Origin: Dehalococcoidia bacterium
GTDB taxonomy: Bacteria; Chloroflexota; Dehalococcoidia; Lucifugimonadales; Australimonadaceae
Direction of reading: 5' to 3'
Assembly (NCBI GenBank): GCA_965247635.1
Contig: CBDFHJ010000010.1
Coordinates: 773,918 to 837,917, forward strand
DNA: 64,000 nucleotides
In this document: in pieces, positions 54,467-63,616 of the stretch
Layout of the letters: each line of letters begins with the position of its first letter
How positions within the stretch are numbered: the stretch's first letter is position 1
Notes under the pieces: model-generated
Told to the model about the DNA's origin: nothing
The model's input: only the letters and a program-made list of their open reading frames with translations
The model's database searches: none
Program-made: the position numbers and the translations under genes

Positions 54467-55999
54467 TCAGACCTCTACTCCGGCCCCGGTGTAGTGCTCC
54501 ACCAGCGATTGCACCAGGCCTGGAATGGTATGCTCTCGCGCTTCCACGTCCACCTGAAGGCCTAGCTCTTGGGCCGTTCGGCTGGTCGCGGGACCGATGG
54601 ACGCGACCAGGAGGCCCTGAATCGGCTGAGGGTCCCCGTCCAGCAGCGACACCAGGTTGCGTACCGTCGATGAGCTGGTGAAGGTGGCGACGTCCAGGGT
54701 GCCCGAAGCGAGCAGCTCCTTGGTGCGCTCAGCCGTATGCTCCGGTGCCACAGTGCGATAGGCGGCGACCTGGTCCACCTGGGCGCCCAGCTTCGCCAGG
54801 CCCTCAGGAAGCGTTTCACCCCCGATATCGGCCCCGGGCAGCAGGACCGTGGCGCCGCGCATGGGAAAACGGCCGAACCCCTTGGCCACGGCTTCCGTGG
54901 CGTAGGTATCGGGAACGAAGTCGGCGACAACGCCGTGCCGCGCGAGCGCGTCGGCGGTGGCTGGGCCGACGGCCGCGACCTGAATGGGGCCCAGGTGCCT
55001 TGCGTCTTTGTCGGCGTGGCGGAGCCGGTGGAACACGGCGTCTACCGCGTTGACGCTGGTGAGGACCATCCACTGATAGCGCTGGACCTGCCCAAGGGCG
55101 TCGTCTAGCTCCGAATAGTCGTCCAGGGGTGCGACCTCGATGGTGGGTAGCTCCACCGGCTCCGCACCGTGATCGGCCAACCGCCGGCTGAGGACGCTGG
55201 CCTGGGTGCGCGACCTGGTGACCAACACGCGCTTGCCGAACAAGGGCTGCGTATCGAACCAGCGCATGGTCTCGCGCAGGCCCGCCACCGGGCCGATGAC
55301 CGTCACCACGGGCGAGGTGAGGCCGGCCTTCTGACCGCGCGCTAAGATGCTGGACAGCGTAGCGGTGATGGTGCGCTGCTGAGGCAGGGTACCCCACTGG
55401 GTTGCGGACACCGGTGTATCTGGCGAGCGCCCGTGGGCCAAGAGCGCTTCGACGATGCCCGCGAGGCTGCGCCACCCCATGAGCACGACCAACGTGCCAG
55501 GCGTGGCCGCCAGGGCCTGCCAGTCCAGCGACGATTCCGGCTTGGTGGGGTCCTCGCTGCCGCTGACCACGGTGACGGACGAAGCGGCGCCCCGGTGCGT
55601 AACGGGGATGCCCGCGTAAGCCGGCACCGCGATGGCTGATGTCACACCTGGCACCACCTCGAAGGGGACGCCGGCGGCACGGAGCGCCTGGGCCTCCTCA
55701 CCACCCCTGCCGAAGAGGAACGGGTCGCCGCCCTTCAACCGCACCACGGTCTTGCCGTTTTGGGCTGCTTGTGCCAAGGCGATGTTGATGGCCTTCTGGA
55801 ACTCGCCAGGCGTATCCGGCTCCTTGCCCATGAACACACGCTCAGCCTCGGCGGGGGCGTGCTCGAGTAGTCGCGGGTTGGAGAGCCGGTCGTAGACCAC
55901 CACGTCCGCCTGTTGCAGGCATTGGAGGCCCTTGACGGTGATGAGTCCGGGGTCGCCCGGTCCGGCGCCGACGAGGTAGACCTTGCCAGGGGAGCTCAC
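54467..55999 (-). CDS. cobA: uroporphyrinogen-III C-methyltransferase / uroporphyrinogen-III synthase fusion
   Basis: The N-terminus has [24 protein letters not shown] (SUMT). The C-terminal ~250 aa form a HemD-like duplicated domain. Confidence 0.85.
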   Translation of the reverse strand: MSSPGKVYLVGAGPGDPGLITVKGLQCLQQADVVVYDRLSNPRLLEHAPAEAERVFMGKEPDTPGEFQKAINIALAQAAQNGKTVVRLKGGDPFLFGRGGEEAQALRAAGVPFEVVPGVTSAIAVPAYAGIPVTHRGAASSVTVVSGSEDPTKPESSLDWQALAATPGTLVVLMGWRSLAGIVEALLAHGRSPDTPVSATQWGTLPQQRTITATLSSILARGQKAGLTSPVVTVIGPVAGLRETMRWFDTQPLFGKRVLVTRSRTQASVLSRRLADHGAEPVELPTIEVAPLDDYSELDDALGQVQRYQWMVLTSVNAVDAVFHRLRHADKDARHLGPIQVAAVGPATADALARHGVVADFVPDTYATEAVAKGFGRFPMRGATVLLPGADIGGETLPEGLAKLGAQVDQVAAYRTVAPEHTAERTKELLASGTLDVATFTSSSTVRNLVSLLDGDPQPIQGLLVASIGPATSRTAQELGLQVDVEAREHTIPGLVQSLVEHYTGAGVEV

Positions 56000-56919
56000 G
56001 GCCGCTCCTCCACGCCCATGAGGACGCCTGCGCCCTTCGCAAGGAGTGCCTGGTAGGCGGCTTTACCGGCGCCTTCCGGGTCGTCGGCGGACCAGGAGAT
56101 TTCGACACGATACGCGGCTGAGCCATCGAGCGCTGAGGAGGCGGCTGCCAGCCGGAGGCTGGGGCCGTCGACGACGGCCAGGGCCCCTACGGGGACCTGA
56201 CAGCCGCCTCCAGCCACCCGCAGCACCCAGCGCTCCGCTTCCACCGCGGCCACCGTCTCGCGATGCTCCAGGTCCCGGACCATACGCAGAAGGCCGGCGT
56301 CCTCGGCGCGTACCTCCACGGCCAGCGCCCCCTGTCCGGGCGCCGGCGTGCACACGTGGGGAGGGAGGTACTCGGCCACGCGCTCCGCTAGTCCCAGGCG
56401 TACCAGCCCGGCGGCAGCCACCACCGCGCCATCGTAGTCTCGTCCGATTGCCTTGGAGACCCGGGTATCCACGTTGCCGCGAATAGCGAGGAAACGCAGG
56501 TCGGGCCGTGCCGCCCGCAGCTGCGCCTCGCGTCGCGGGCTGCTGGTACCGATGCGCGCACCCGGGGGCAGCTCGTCCAGCGGCGCGTTCCAGCGGTCTA
56601 TCAGCGCGTCTCGAGGGTCGGCGCGTTCCAGCACCGGCACCACCGTCGTGCCGGGTAAGAGGTCGGTGGGAAGGTCCTTCAGGCTGTGCACCACCAGGTC
56701 TACCCGGCGGTCAAGCAGCGCGTCCTCCAGCTCCGTGACGAAGATACCTCGGCCCAGGGCGCTCAGCGGCGTCTCGTTGCGACGGTCGCCCTGGCTCTGA
56801 ATGGTCTGTACGGCGAATTCGGCGCCGGGATGCAGCCGGCGTAAGGCGTCGACCACCAGCGCGGTCTGACGCAGGGCTAGGTCGCTGCCACGGGTGCCGA
56901 CGGTAAGCACGGGTGCCAC
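55996..56919 (-). CDS. hemC: hydroxymethylbilane synthase
   Basis: LTVGTRGSDLALRQT, IQSQGD, and HSLKDLP. The preferred start is GTG 56919, with GGGAGGA upstream and a GTGA-type junction with the hemA stop. ATG 56958 is an alternative. Confidence 0.88.
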   Translation of the reverse strand: MAPVLTVGTRGSDLALRQTALVVDALRRLHPGAEFAVQTIQSQGDRRNETPLSALGRGIFVTELEDALLDRRVDLVVHSLKDLPTDLLPGTTVVPVLERADPRDALIDRWNAPLDELPPGARIGTSSPRREAQLRAARPDLRFLAIRGNVDTRVSKAIGRDYDGAVVAAAGLVRLGLAERVAEYLPPHVCTPAPGQGALAVEVRAEDAGLLRMVRDLEHRETVAAVEAERWVLRVAGGGCQVPVGALAVVDGPSLRLAAASSALDGSAAYRVEISWSADDPEGAGKAAYQALLAKGAGVLMGVEERP

Positions 56920-56920
56920 G

Positions 56921-58342
56921 TCATCCTCCCGTGGCCTTGCGCTTGGGGTTTGGTGCATTCCGACGTCCCGGCGAGGGCTCAGTATCGTCTGGCACCTCGG
57001 CGTCTCGGGACCCCGCGGAAAGGTCCTCCGATACACCCGCCATAGGCGGGCTATCGAGAGTCTCGATGAGCGAAGCATCATCGGACAGGGCTGCGCCCTG
57101 GTCCAGGCCGAACAGCTCCCTGGCTACTTGGACGAATGCCTCTTCATTTCGCTCGTTTAGGGAGCGGGTGGGGTTGTGAAGGACCTTCTTGACCAGGGCC
57201 TTGGACATGGCCTCGATGCGCCGTCGGCCCTCGGCGGATAGCTCGGGCAGCCTGGCCAAGACACGCTCCACCTCCGCGGCGCGCACGCTCTCCGCGCCGT
57301 GGCGCATGGCGGCGATGGTCGGCCGCGCCTCCAGGGAGTCCCACCAGGCCTGAAAACGGGCAACTTCCTCTTGGACGATGACCTCCGCCTTGGTGGCCTC
57401 CGCTTCGCGCTCGCGGCGATTCGTCTCGGCTACCAGCTCCAGGTCGTACATGGTGTAGAGCTCAACGCCCGCGAGTCCGGCGACGGCGGGGTCAACGTCC
57501 CGGGGAACGGCCACGTCAAAGAGGAAGAGCGGCCGCTCCAGCCTTTGGGCCCTGGCCTCGGTCACCATCTCCTCGGTGACCATGAAGTCGGGTGCGCCCG
57601 TGGAGCTCACCCCGATGTCGGCCTCCCGGATAAGCGATGGCAGCTCCTCCAGCGGTGCGACCTGCGCCTCCAGCTGCTCGGCCAGGTCCTGCGCATGGGC
57701 CATGGTGCGGTTGGCAATCACGAGAGAGGAGACTCCGGCGTCCCGCAGCGCTCGGGCCGCCAGTCGGCCTGCGTCGCCCACGCCTATCACGAGGGCATGC
57801 TTGTGCTGGAGGTCGCCGAGAGCTCGTCGTGCCATCTCCACGCACGCCCGGCTTACGGAAAGGGCGTTGCGCCCGATGGCCGTTTCGGTCCGGACGCGCT
57901 TGCCCACCCGCAGCGCCTCGTGGAACATCTTGGTGAGCACGCCGCCAGCGGTGCCCTGCTTCGTGGCCGCGCTGTAAGCCTCGCGCACCTGGCCTAGGAC
58001 TTCCGACTCGCCGATGATGAGGGAGTCGAGACTGGAAGCTACCCGGTACAGGTGGGTTACGGCCCCTCCGTGCTCGTAGGTGTAGAGGTGTGGCTCCAGG
58101 TCGGCCATCTCCACTCCGAACTGGCGCTCGATGAAGCTGCTCAGCGACGCCTGGCTACCGTCCGACTCATTGGCAACCGTGTACACCTCCGTCCGGTTGC
58201 ACGTGGCAAGGAGAACGCCGCGGCCCAGCACCTGCCTGAGCGTGTCCAACGCTTGGGGCAGCTGCGCCCGGCTTAGGCTCAGCGTCTCCCGGGTCGCCAG
58301 GGGCGCTGTCCGATGGCTCAGTCCCGTAACGGTGATGTGCAC
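56921..58342 (-). CDS. hemA: glutamyl-tRNA reductase with a repeat-containing C-terminal extension
   Basis: (M)HITVTGLSHRTAPLATRE, LLATCNRTEVY, and VIGVGDAGRLAARAL. The GTG start at 58342 is chosen because the longer track ORF overlaps the sirC-like gene. Confidence 0.9.
   Translation of the reverse strand: MHITVTGLSHRTAPLATRETLSLSRAQLPQALDTLRQVLGRGVLLATCNRTEVYTVANESDGSQASLSSFIERQFGVEMADLEPHLYTYEHGGAVTHLYRVASSLDSLIIGESEVLGQVREAYSAATKQGTAGGVLTKMFHEALRVGKRVRTETAIGRNALSVSRACVEMARRALGDLQHKHALVIGVGDAGRLAARALRDAGVSSLVIANRTMAHAQDLAEQLEAQVAPLEELPSLIREADIGVSSTGAPDFMVTEEMVTEARAQRLERPLFLFDVAVPRDVDPAVAGLAGVELYTMYDLELVAETNRREREAEATKAEVIVQEEVARFQAWWDSLEARPTIAAMRHGAESVRAAEVERVLARLPELSAEGRRRIEAMSKALVKKVLHNPTRSLNERNEEAFVQVARELFGLDQGAALSDDASLIETLDSPPMAGVSEDLSAGSRDAEVPDDTEPSPGRRNAPNPKRKATGG
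57055..57086. repeat. 32-nt dispersed repeat unit inside the hemA 3' end
   Basis: The reverse complement, GTCCGATGATGCTTCGCTCATCGAGACTCTCG, is identical to 9630-9661. It is translated as ..SDDASLIETL... Confidence 0.85.
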
Positions 58343-58371
58343 CTGTACCTCGCGGGGGGTATCAACCCCAA

Positions 58372-59058
58372 TTAATCGGCCCTGGTTTCCGCCGTTTGCA
58401 GCAGCGCGGACAGGAGCCGCTCCTTGGCCTCTTGCGAACGTCCACGCTCCACCAGCTCCAGCACCTCCGCGTCCATGGCCTCTTGCCAGGCCTTGGGGCT
58501 TGCGGTTCGCGCCTCCGCCTTCAGCTCGCCGCGGACCTCGGAGAGAACGCCGGCGGCATCCGCCCACGCCAGGCACCGGCAGGTGGTCTCGCCCGGCTCG
58601 GCGCAGTCGATGGGGCGAGAGCCTTCCATCAGCTCCCGCAGGCGTCTGGCAAGCGCGGGACTGGTGCCTGAGGTGGAGATGGCCACACTCACCGGGCCCC
58701 GCTCAACGATGGCGGGAGCGATGAAGGTGCACAGGCTTGGTACGTCGACGATGTTCAGGAGCACTCTTTCCGCCGTCGCCTCCTCCCGGACCTGGCGGTT
58801 TACCGCGCTATCGTCCGTGGCGGCGATGGCCAGGAACGCGTCCGAGAGGTCTCCGGGCTGATACGGGCGTTGCAGCCACACGAGCTGGGCCTCGCCAGCC
58901 CACTGTCGCAGGGCCTTGGTCGCTGACGGGCTTACCAGCGTGACAGCGGCGCCCGAGTCCAGCAGCTGCCGGACCTTCCGTTCGGCCACGCCCCCCGCGC
59001 CGATGACCACGCAACGCCGGCCTTGAATGTCCAGGTAAACGGGATAGTAGCGGCCCAT
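58372..59058 (-). CDS. sirC: precorrin-2 dehydrogenase / sirohydrochlorin ferrochelatase (SirC / CysG N-terminal type)
   Basis: YPVYLDIQGRRCVVIGAGGVAERKVRQLLDSGAAVTLVSP. Confidence 0.8.
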   Translation of the reverse strand: MGRYYPVYLDIQGRRCVVIGAGGVAERKVRQLLDSGAAVTLVSPSATKALRQWAGEAQLVWLQRPYQPGDLSDAFLAIAATDDSAVNRQVREEATAERVLLNIVDVPSLCTFIAPAIVERGPVSVAISTSGTSPALARRLRELMEGSRPIDCAEPGETTCRCLAWADAAGVLSEVRGELKAEARTASPKAWQEAMDAEVLELVERGRSQEAKERLLSALLQTAETRAD

Positions 59059-59060
59059 GG

Positions 59061-60107
59061 CTACACCGCGACCTCGTCTTCCACGAAGTAGCGGACCCGC
59101 GTCTTCTTGTACTCTCGCGTGCTGTACAGGAGCTGGTACTCGGTAATACCCGTCTTTTCAGACAGCTCCTCGATAACCCGTTCGCACTCCTCCTTGGTCT
59201 GGGCGTGGACCATGCTGAAGTGGGTGTACGGCCAGTCGGGGAACGTAGGGCGTTGGTAGCAGTGGGTCACCCACGGGCTCTCGGCCATGATCAAGCCCAC
59301 CTCAACGGCGCGCTCCTCCGGCACCTTCCAGACCGCCATGGCGTTGGCGCTGAACCCGGCCTTACGGTGGTAGAGGACCGCGCTGTAGCGACGCATCAAA
59401 CCCCGCTGCTGGAGCTGCCCCGCTTGAGCGAAGAGCTCCGGCACGGTGATACCCAGCCGCTCGGCCATCGCGTCGAAGGGTCGTGGGACCAACGGCAGGT
59501 CCTCCTGAAGCTCACGGACGACGTCCACCTCGAAGGGTGAGAGGTGTTCGGCCTTGTTCCAATCGTCGCGGATGCCCTTGAACCCGCCCTTGGCGGTGTA
59601 GCCGTCGGGCGAATAGTAGTCGTAGGCGGCGCCCTGGTTGCGGACCATGTCGAAGTTGACGCCGATCTTGAAGAATCGGACCGTGGGCATGACCCGTGCC
59701 CCCTCGGCCTCGGTCTCTCTGACCATGCGCTCCACGGTGGCCTCCAGGTCCTCGTCCGGCGGCACTGCGAGGGTGAACCACAGGTTGAAGTGGCCGTTAC
59801 GGGCGTAGTTGTGGCTCACGCCCGGGTGCTCGTTGATCTTCCGGGCGCCTCGGTCCAGCTTCCCCCGTGGGTAGCGCAACGCCACCAGCGAAGTCTTGTA
59901 ACCCAACCTCCGGGTGTCGAAGATGGCGCTCACCTGGCGGATAATGTTCTGGCGCTTGAGTCTGCCGACGCGACGGAGCACCTCCTCCTCCCCAATGCCT
60001 AACTCTTCACCGATGGCCTGGTACGGCGCTTCCACGAGAGGGAAAGCCGACTGGACGAGGTTCAGCAGCGTCTTGTCCGTCAGGTCGGTACGGCTCTTGG
60101 TGCCCAT
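59061..60107 (-). CDS. siroheme decarboxylase-like protein, fused two-module AhbA/AhbB (NirD/L/G/H) type
   Basis: Two Lrp/AsnC-like modules: LLNLVQSAFPLVEAPYQAIGEELGIGEEEVLRRVGRLKRQNIIRQVSAIFD and a second VVRELQEDLPLVPRPFDAMAERLGI..RYSAVLYH. ATG at 60107. Confidence 0.7.
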   Translation of the reverse strand: MGTKSRTDLTDKTLLNLVQSAFPLVEAPYQAIGEELGIGEEEVLRRVGRLKRQNIIRQVSAIFDTRRLGYKTSLVALRYPRGKLDRGARKINEHPGVSHNYARNGHFNLWFTLAVPPDEDLEATVERMVRETEAEGARVMPTVRFFKIGVNFDMVRNQGAAYDYYSPDGYTAKGGFKGIRDDWNKAEHLSPFEVDVVRELQEDLPLVPRPFDAMAERLGITVPELFAQAGQLQQRGLMRRYSAVLYHRKAGFSANAMAVWKVPEERAVEVGLIMAESPWVTHCYQRPTFPDWPYTHFSMVHAQTKEECERVIEELSEKTGITEYQLLYSTREYKKTRVRYFVEDEVAV

Positions 60108-60136
60108 TGTTGTTCCTTTGATGAGGGTGGAGTCGC

Positions 60137-60853
60137 TTATGGGGACCCTACGGCCGCGCTCTCCGAAGCCGCGCCGGCTGACTGGCCCGCTTCGGCGGGC
60201 TGGCCCTTTCCGGCTGACTGGAAGGTACGGGTCATGCTTAACAACACTTCGTCGGTGATTCGGCCGAGCTGCTGCCAGCACCAGCTGAGCTCGTGGGTAG
60301 ACCCGTAGTGGCGCAACAGCGCGGGCCTCAGCGCCTCTAGCATGGCGCCGCGGAAGAAGACGAACGCCTGCACCGCGTCAGGCAGCGATAGCCCCTGCCG
60401 AGCCGACGCTTCTTCGTAGTGAGCGCCAAGGGACCTGGCCCTGGCCATCACCTCCCCCTGTCGAGGGTGGTCCAGGCTTTCCAGGCATAGGTCGAGGAGA
60501 TCTCGCCCCAGCGCCCGCATCTCTTCCTGGCCCGATGAGTCGAACTGGGACTGCCAGGGGGGCGCGCCGGTCTGGTGGCCGGAGAGCTTCCGGCGGATTC
60601 GAGGCAGCACCACCTCGGGGACGTTCAGTGGAGGCCCCTGATGGCTTTGCTGTCCCTTTTCGATGAGCTCGCGGATGTCGTCGCTGGAAACGCGGCGGTG
60701 CCCGCCGGGCGTGCGGAAGGTGCGAATCAGCCCGGTGTCCGCCCAGTGCCGAAGGGTCGCTTCGTTAACGTCAAGCAGCTTGCGCGCCAGGCCAGGCGAG
60801 AGCCACTTCCGCTCCCCAATTGCTTCTTCCACGGGGTCCACTGCTGCGGTCAT
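60137..60853 (-). CDS. MerR/excisionase-type HTH regulator with a helical C-terminal domain
   Basis: LLDVNEATLRHWADTGLIRTFRTPGGHRRVSSDDIRELI. Confidence 0.6.
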   Translation of the reverse strand: MTAAVDPVEEAIGERKWLSPGLARKLLDVNEATLRHWADTGLIRTFRTPGGHRRVSSDDIRELIEKGQQSHQGPPLNVPEVVLPRIRRKLSGHQTGAPPWQSQFDSSGQEEMRALGRDLLDLCLESLDHPRQGEVMARARSLGAHYEEASARQGLSLPDAVQAFVFFRGAMLEALRPALLRHYGSTHELSWCWQQLGRITDEVLLSMTRTFQSAGKGQPAEAGQSAGAASESAAVGSP

Positions 60854-61020
60854 CTGCTATAAAACCTCGTAAAACCTGTATAAATCCGGAAATATCTTAA
60901 CTCACGCGGCCGTAGCGTACTATCCAGGTAGGAGCCCGTCAACTCCCTTTTCGCGCGGCCATCGGGAGACTGGAGCCACAGGGTGCGTGGAATCGTTGAT
61001 GAAACGGGTGTAGGCTGGAC

Positions 61021-61701
61021 GTGATTCGGGACAGGAGGGCCGCTCTCATGCGGCACTCGAAGGCAAAGCAGCGCCTGCTCGATACCCTCCGCCGGGAGAT
61101 CTCCGACCAGCGGGTGCTGGATGCTATCGCGTCCGTACCTCGCGAGGCGTTCGTCCTGCCGCGGGACGAGGCACGGGCGTATGAGAACGCCGCGATGCCC
61201 ATCGGCGAGGGGCAGACCATTTCGCAGCCCCTCATAGTCGCCATCATGCTCGAGGCCATGGCGCTCAGGCCGTCGGACCACGTTTTGGAGGTAGGCACCG
61301 GCAGCGGCTACGAGGCGGCGCTCCTGTCACGTTTGGTGGCGCGGGTGGTGACGGTGGAGCGGATTCCTGCATTGGAGGGACAGGCCAGGGGGCTGCTCCA
61401 ACGGCTGGGGTGCGACAACGTGACGGTCCACCTGGCAGGCGAGGTGCTCGGCTGGCCGGACGGCGCACCGTACGACGCGGTCGTCGTGGCGGCGGCGGCC
61501 CCTTCGGTGCCGCAGGAGCTCGTTGACCAAGTCCGGATAGGGGGGCGCCTGGTGGTCCCCGTTGGGACTCCCTTTGAGCAAACGCTTACGATGGTGCACC
61601 GTACCGCGGAGCGTCTGGACGTCAGGTCCCTGGGCGCGTGCCGGTTCGTGCCGCTCATCGGCCCCAGCGCTTGGGAATCGGAACCTCCGGAGGCACCGTA
61701 G
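61021..61701 (+). CDS. pcm: protein-L-isoaspartate O-methyltransferase
   Basis: VPREAFV, GQTISQPLIVAIMLEA, VLEVGTGSGYEAALL, and GGRLVVPVG. The start is GTG 61021 or ATG 61048. Confidence 0.9.
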   Translation: MIRDRRAALMRHSKAKQRLLDTLRREISDQRVLDAIASVPREAFVLPRDEARAYENAAMPIGEGQTISQPLIVAIMLEAMALRPSDHVLEVGTGSGYEAALLSRLVARVVTVERIPALEGQARGLLQRLGCDNVTVHLAGEVLGWPDGAPYDAVVVAAAAPSVPQELVDQVRIGGRLVVPVGTPFEQTLTMVHRTAERLDVRSLGACRFVPLIGPSAWESEPPEAP

Positions 61702-61782
61702 GTGGAGTTGTAATGCGAGTGACGCCGTCTTGAATAAGACTCTCGTTCTCGGGAGTCCTGACTAAGGGTCGCGGCTCGTAGG

Positions 61783-62385
61783 ATGCGGTTATACCCTCTG
61801 AAGAAGACCAGTTCGGTTCAGAGAGAAATGGTCGAGATCAAAACTCTAACGGAGTTAGGCCCCGATAGCCTTACGCGACTTGTGACCGGCTATGTCTCGA
61901 ATGCCAAGTACACCGTAAGTAAAACAGAATTGGATGGTCGCACTGTCATCGGGCTTGAACTGGTCGGCCTGGAGAGTCCCTACGTTAAGCGATTCCCTCC
62001 TTTGGATGAGGAGGCCATGCAACGGTATACGGATGCCCTTCGGCATGGCCTGTCGCTGGGGGCTTATGAAGGGGAACAACTTATCGGGATAGCAGTTGCT
62101 GAGCCTCAGAGGTGGAACAGGAGCCTGTGGGTCTGGGAGTTCCATGTTGCTGAAACACACCGTCGGCAGGGGATAGGTCGGCAGATGATGGAAGAGCTTG
62201 TTGAGAGAGGGAGAGCGTCAGGTCTGAGAATCGTGGCCTGCGAAACACAAAACACCAATGTGCCAGCTATTCGCTTCTATCGTCGGGTTGGTTTTAACAT
62301 TGAAGGGATAGACCTGTCGTACTACAGCAATGATGACTGGCCAGAAGGAGAAGTGGCGGTCTTCATGAAGAGGAGACTGGCGTGA
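61783..62385 (+). CDS. GNAT-family N-acetyltransferase (streptothricin-acetyltransferase-like)
   Basis: EFHVAETHRRQGIGRQMMEELVERGRASGLRIVACETQNTNVPAIRFYRRVGF. GC is somewhat lower than in the flanks. Confidence 0.7.
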   Translation: MRLYPLKKTSSVQREMVEIKTLTELGPDSLTRLVTGYVSNAKYTVSKTELDGRTVIGLELVGLESPYVKRFPPLDEEAMQRYTDALRHGLSLGAYEGEQLIGIAVAEPQRWNRSLWVWEFHVAETHRRQGIGRQMMEELVERGRASGLRIVACETQNTNVPAIRFYRRVGFNIEGIDLSYYSNDDWPEGEVAVFMKRRLA

Positions 62386-62463
62386 TCAAAAGTTCCATCG
62401 GATAGCTGCCTACTAGATACAAGGCCCCTAGGTTCAGCGCGTCACCACGGAAAGGATCCGCCC

Positions 62464-63481
62464 ATGGCTGATCTCGCAGGGCGTGCTCTAGTCGCCAGCC
62501 TCGTTCTCGTGGTGATGGTTGGAGGCGTGTCTTTATGGGTAGTTGCACCGTGGGAGGGATCGGTACCTGGAGCACCTACTAGTACGGACACATCTAGTAG
62601 GGGACCAGCACCAAGATATTTCGATCAGACATGGAGCTCCGACAAACAGGTTATCGCCCCTGGCGAGCCCGTCACTATCAGCTTGACTCTCAAGAACGTC
62701 TGGGACAAGCGCATAGAAATCATGGATTTTCCCGAGACAATGGCGCTTAGCCAGGTAGACACCCGACCCGAAGAAACGGTGGCGGTGGGGTTAATAGGCG
62801 CACGTGAAATTCCTACCGCCATGGAGTCTGGCGAGGAGGTCACTGTTGTCGCCAACGTTCCACCCGACCTAACTGCCAGTCTCCAGTCTGGCAGATGTAG
62901 CGTTCGCTTCGACATTCGGTTCACCCACACGCCAGGCAGACCTGAGATGGGCGACACAAGGCTGGGCCTGAACAGCGGTATCCTCCTTGTAGTCCTTCCG
63001 CCGGAGGGGGCGCTGAACACAATCGTGCAGGTGGATGAAACGCGGGAGACCAGAGGGGGCAGGATTACCCTGGAGGCTATCGACTTCACGCCGGAGAAGA
63101 CAACCATCGTCGCATTGGCCGAGCTGCCAGCTGATGAACCAATCAGGCTTGCGCCGGTCAACCCCCCCCACCATCGCGCCCACCCCTACCTCCGCGATCC
63201 CACCGCAAGGGACACCCACGCCCACGGCTGTGCTAGTGCCAGGCCCTACGGGGGAAATTCCCGGTTTAACAGCCCGGTACCAGATAGATGGAGGCACCTG
63301 GCACGAACTGAGAGGCCACGGATACCGCGCAACACCCGAAGGTATCCGGCATGAATGGACACTCGGGCCCATCTCAGCCAACGCCAGCGCTTTCGAGCTC
63401 GCCATCATGTCCGGCACCGACACGGGAAACGGAGCGACTGGGCTATGGGAGTGGACCGTGCCGCTGCAAGGGGCCCAGTAA
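62464..63481 (+). pseudogene. membrane-anchored hypothetical protein, frame broken at a C8 run
   Basis: N-terminal TM segment. Track ORFs 62464-63354 and 63035-63481 join at CCCCCCCC (63162-63169) into ..LAPVNPP/PTIAPTPTSAIPP... Confidence 0.5.
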
Positions 63482-63616
63482 AGCTTGTTGCGAACTACCC
63501 AAAGCTAGTTTCGCTGCTCTACCGCAGAATGGTGATGTACGCCTCTTCCAGCGTGGGGTCGCGCTCGAAAATGCCTTCAACGTCGTCGTCGATAGCCGAC
63601 TTAGTGGTCCGACCGG

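Noticed and set aside
60854-61020. An AT-rich divergent intergenic region with the direct repeat TAAAACCT x2, considered as a possible operator for the MerR-like regulator.
   Set aside because: It is too short and unsupported. There is no palindrome of the kind MerR-family dimers bind, so I list it only as a place to look.
63520-63612. A short minus-strand ORF ending ..KSAIDDDVEGIFERDPTLEEAYITILR-stop, which resembles the C-terminus of an ABC-transporter ATPase.
   Set aside because: It is only about 30 codons with no upstream coding continuation. It may be a gene remnant, but a similarity this short is not supportable without a database search.
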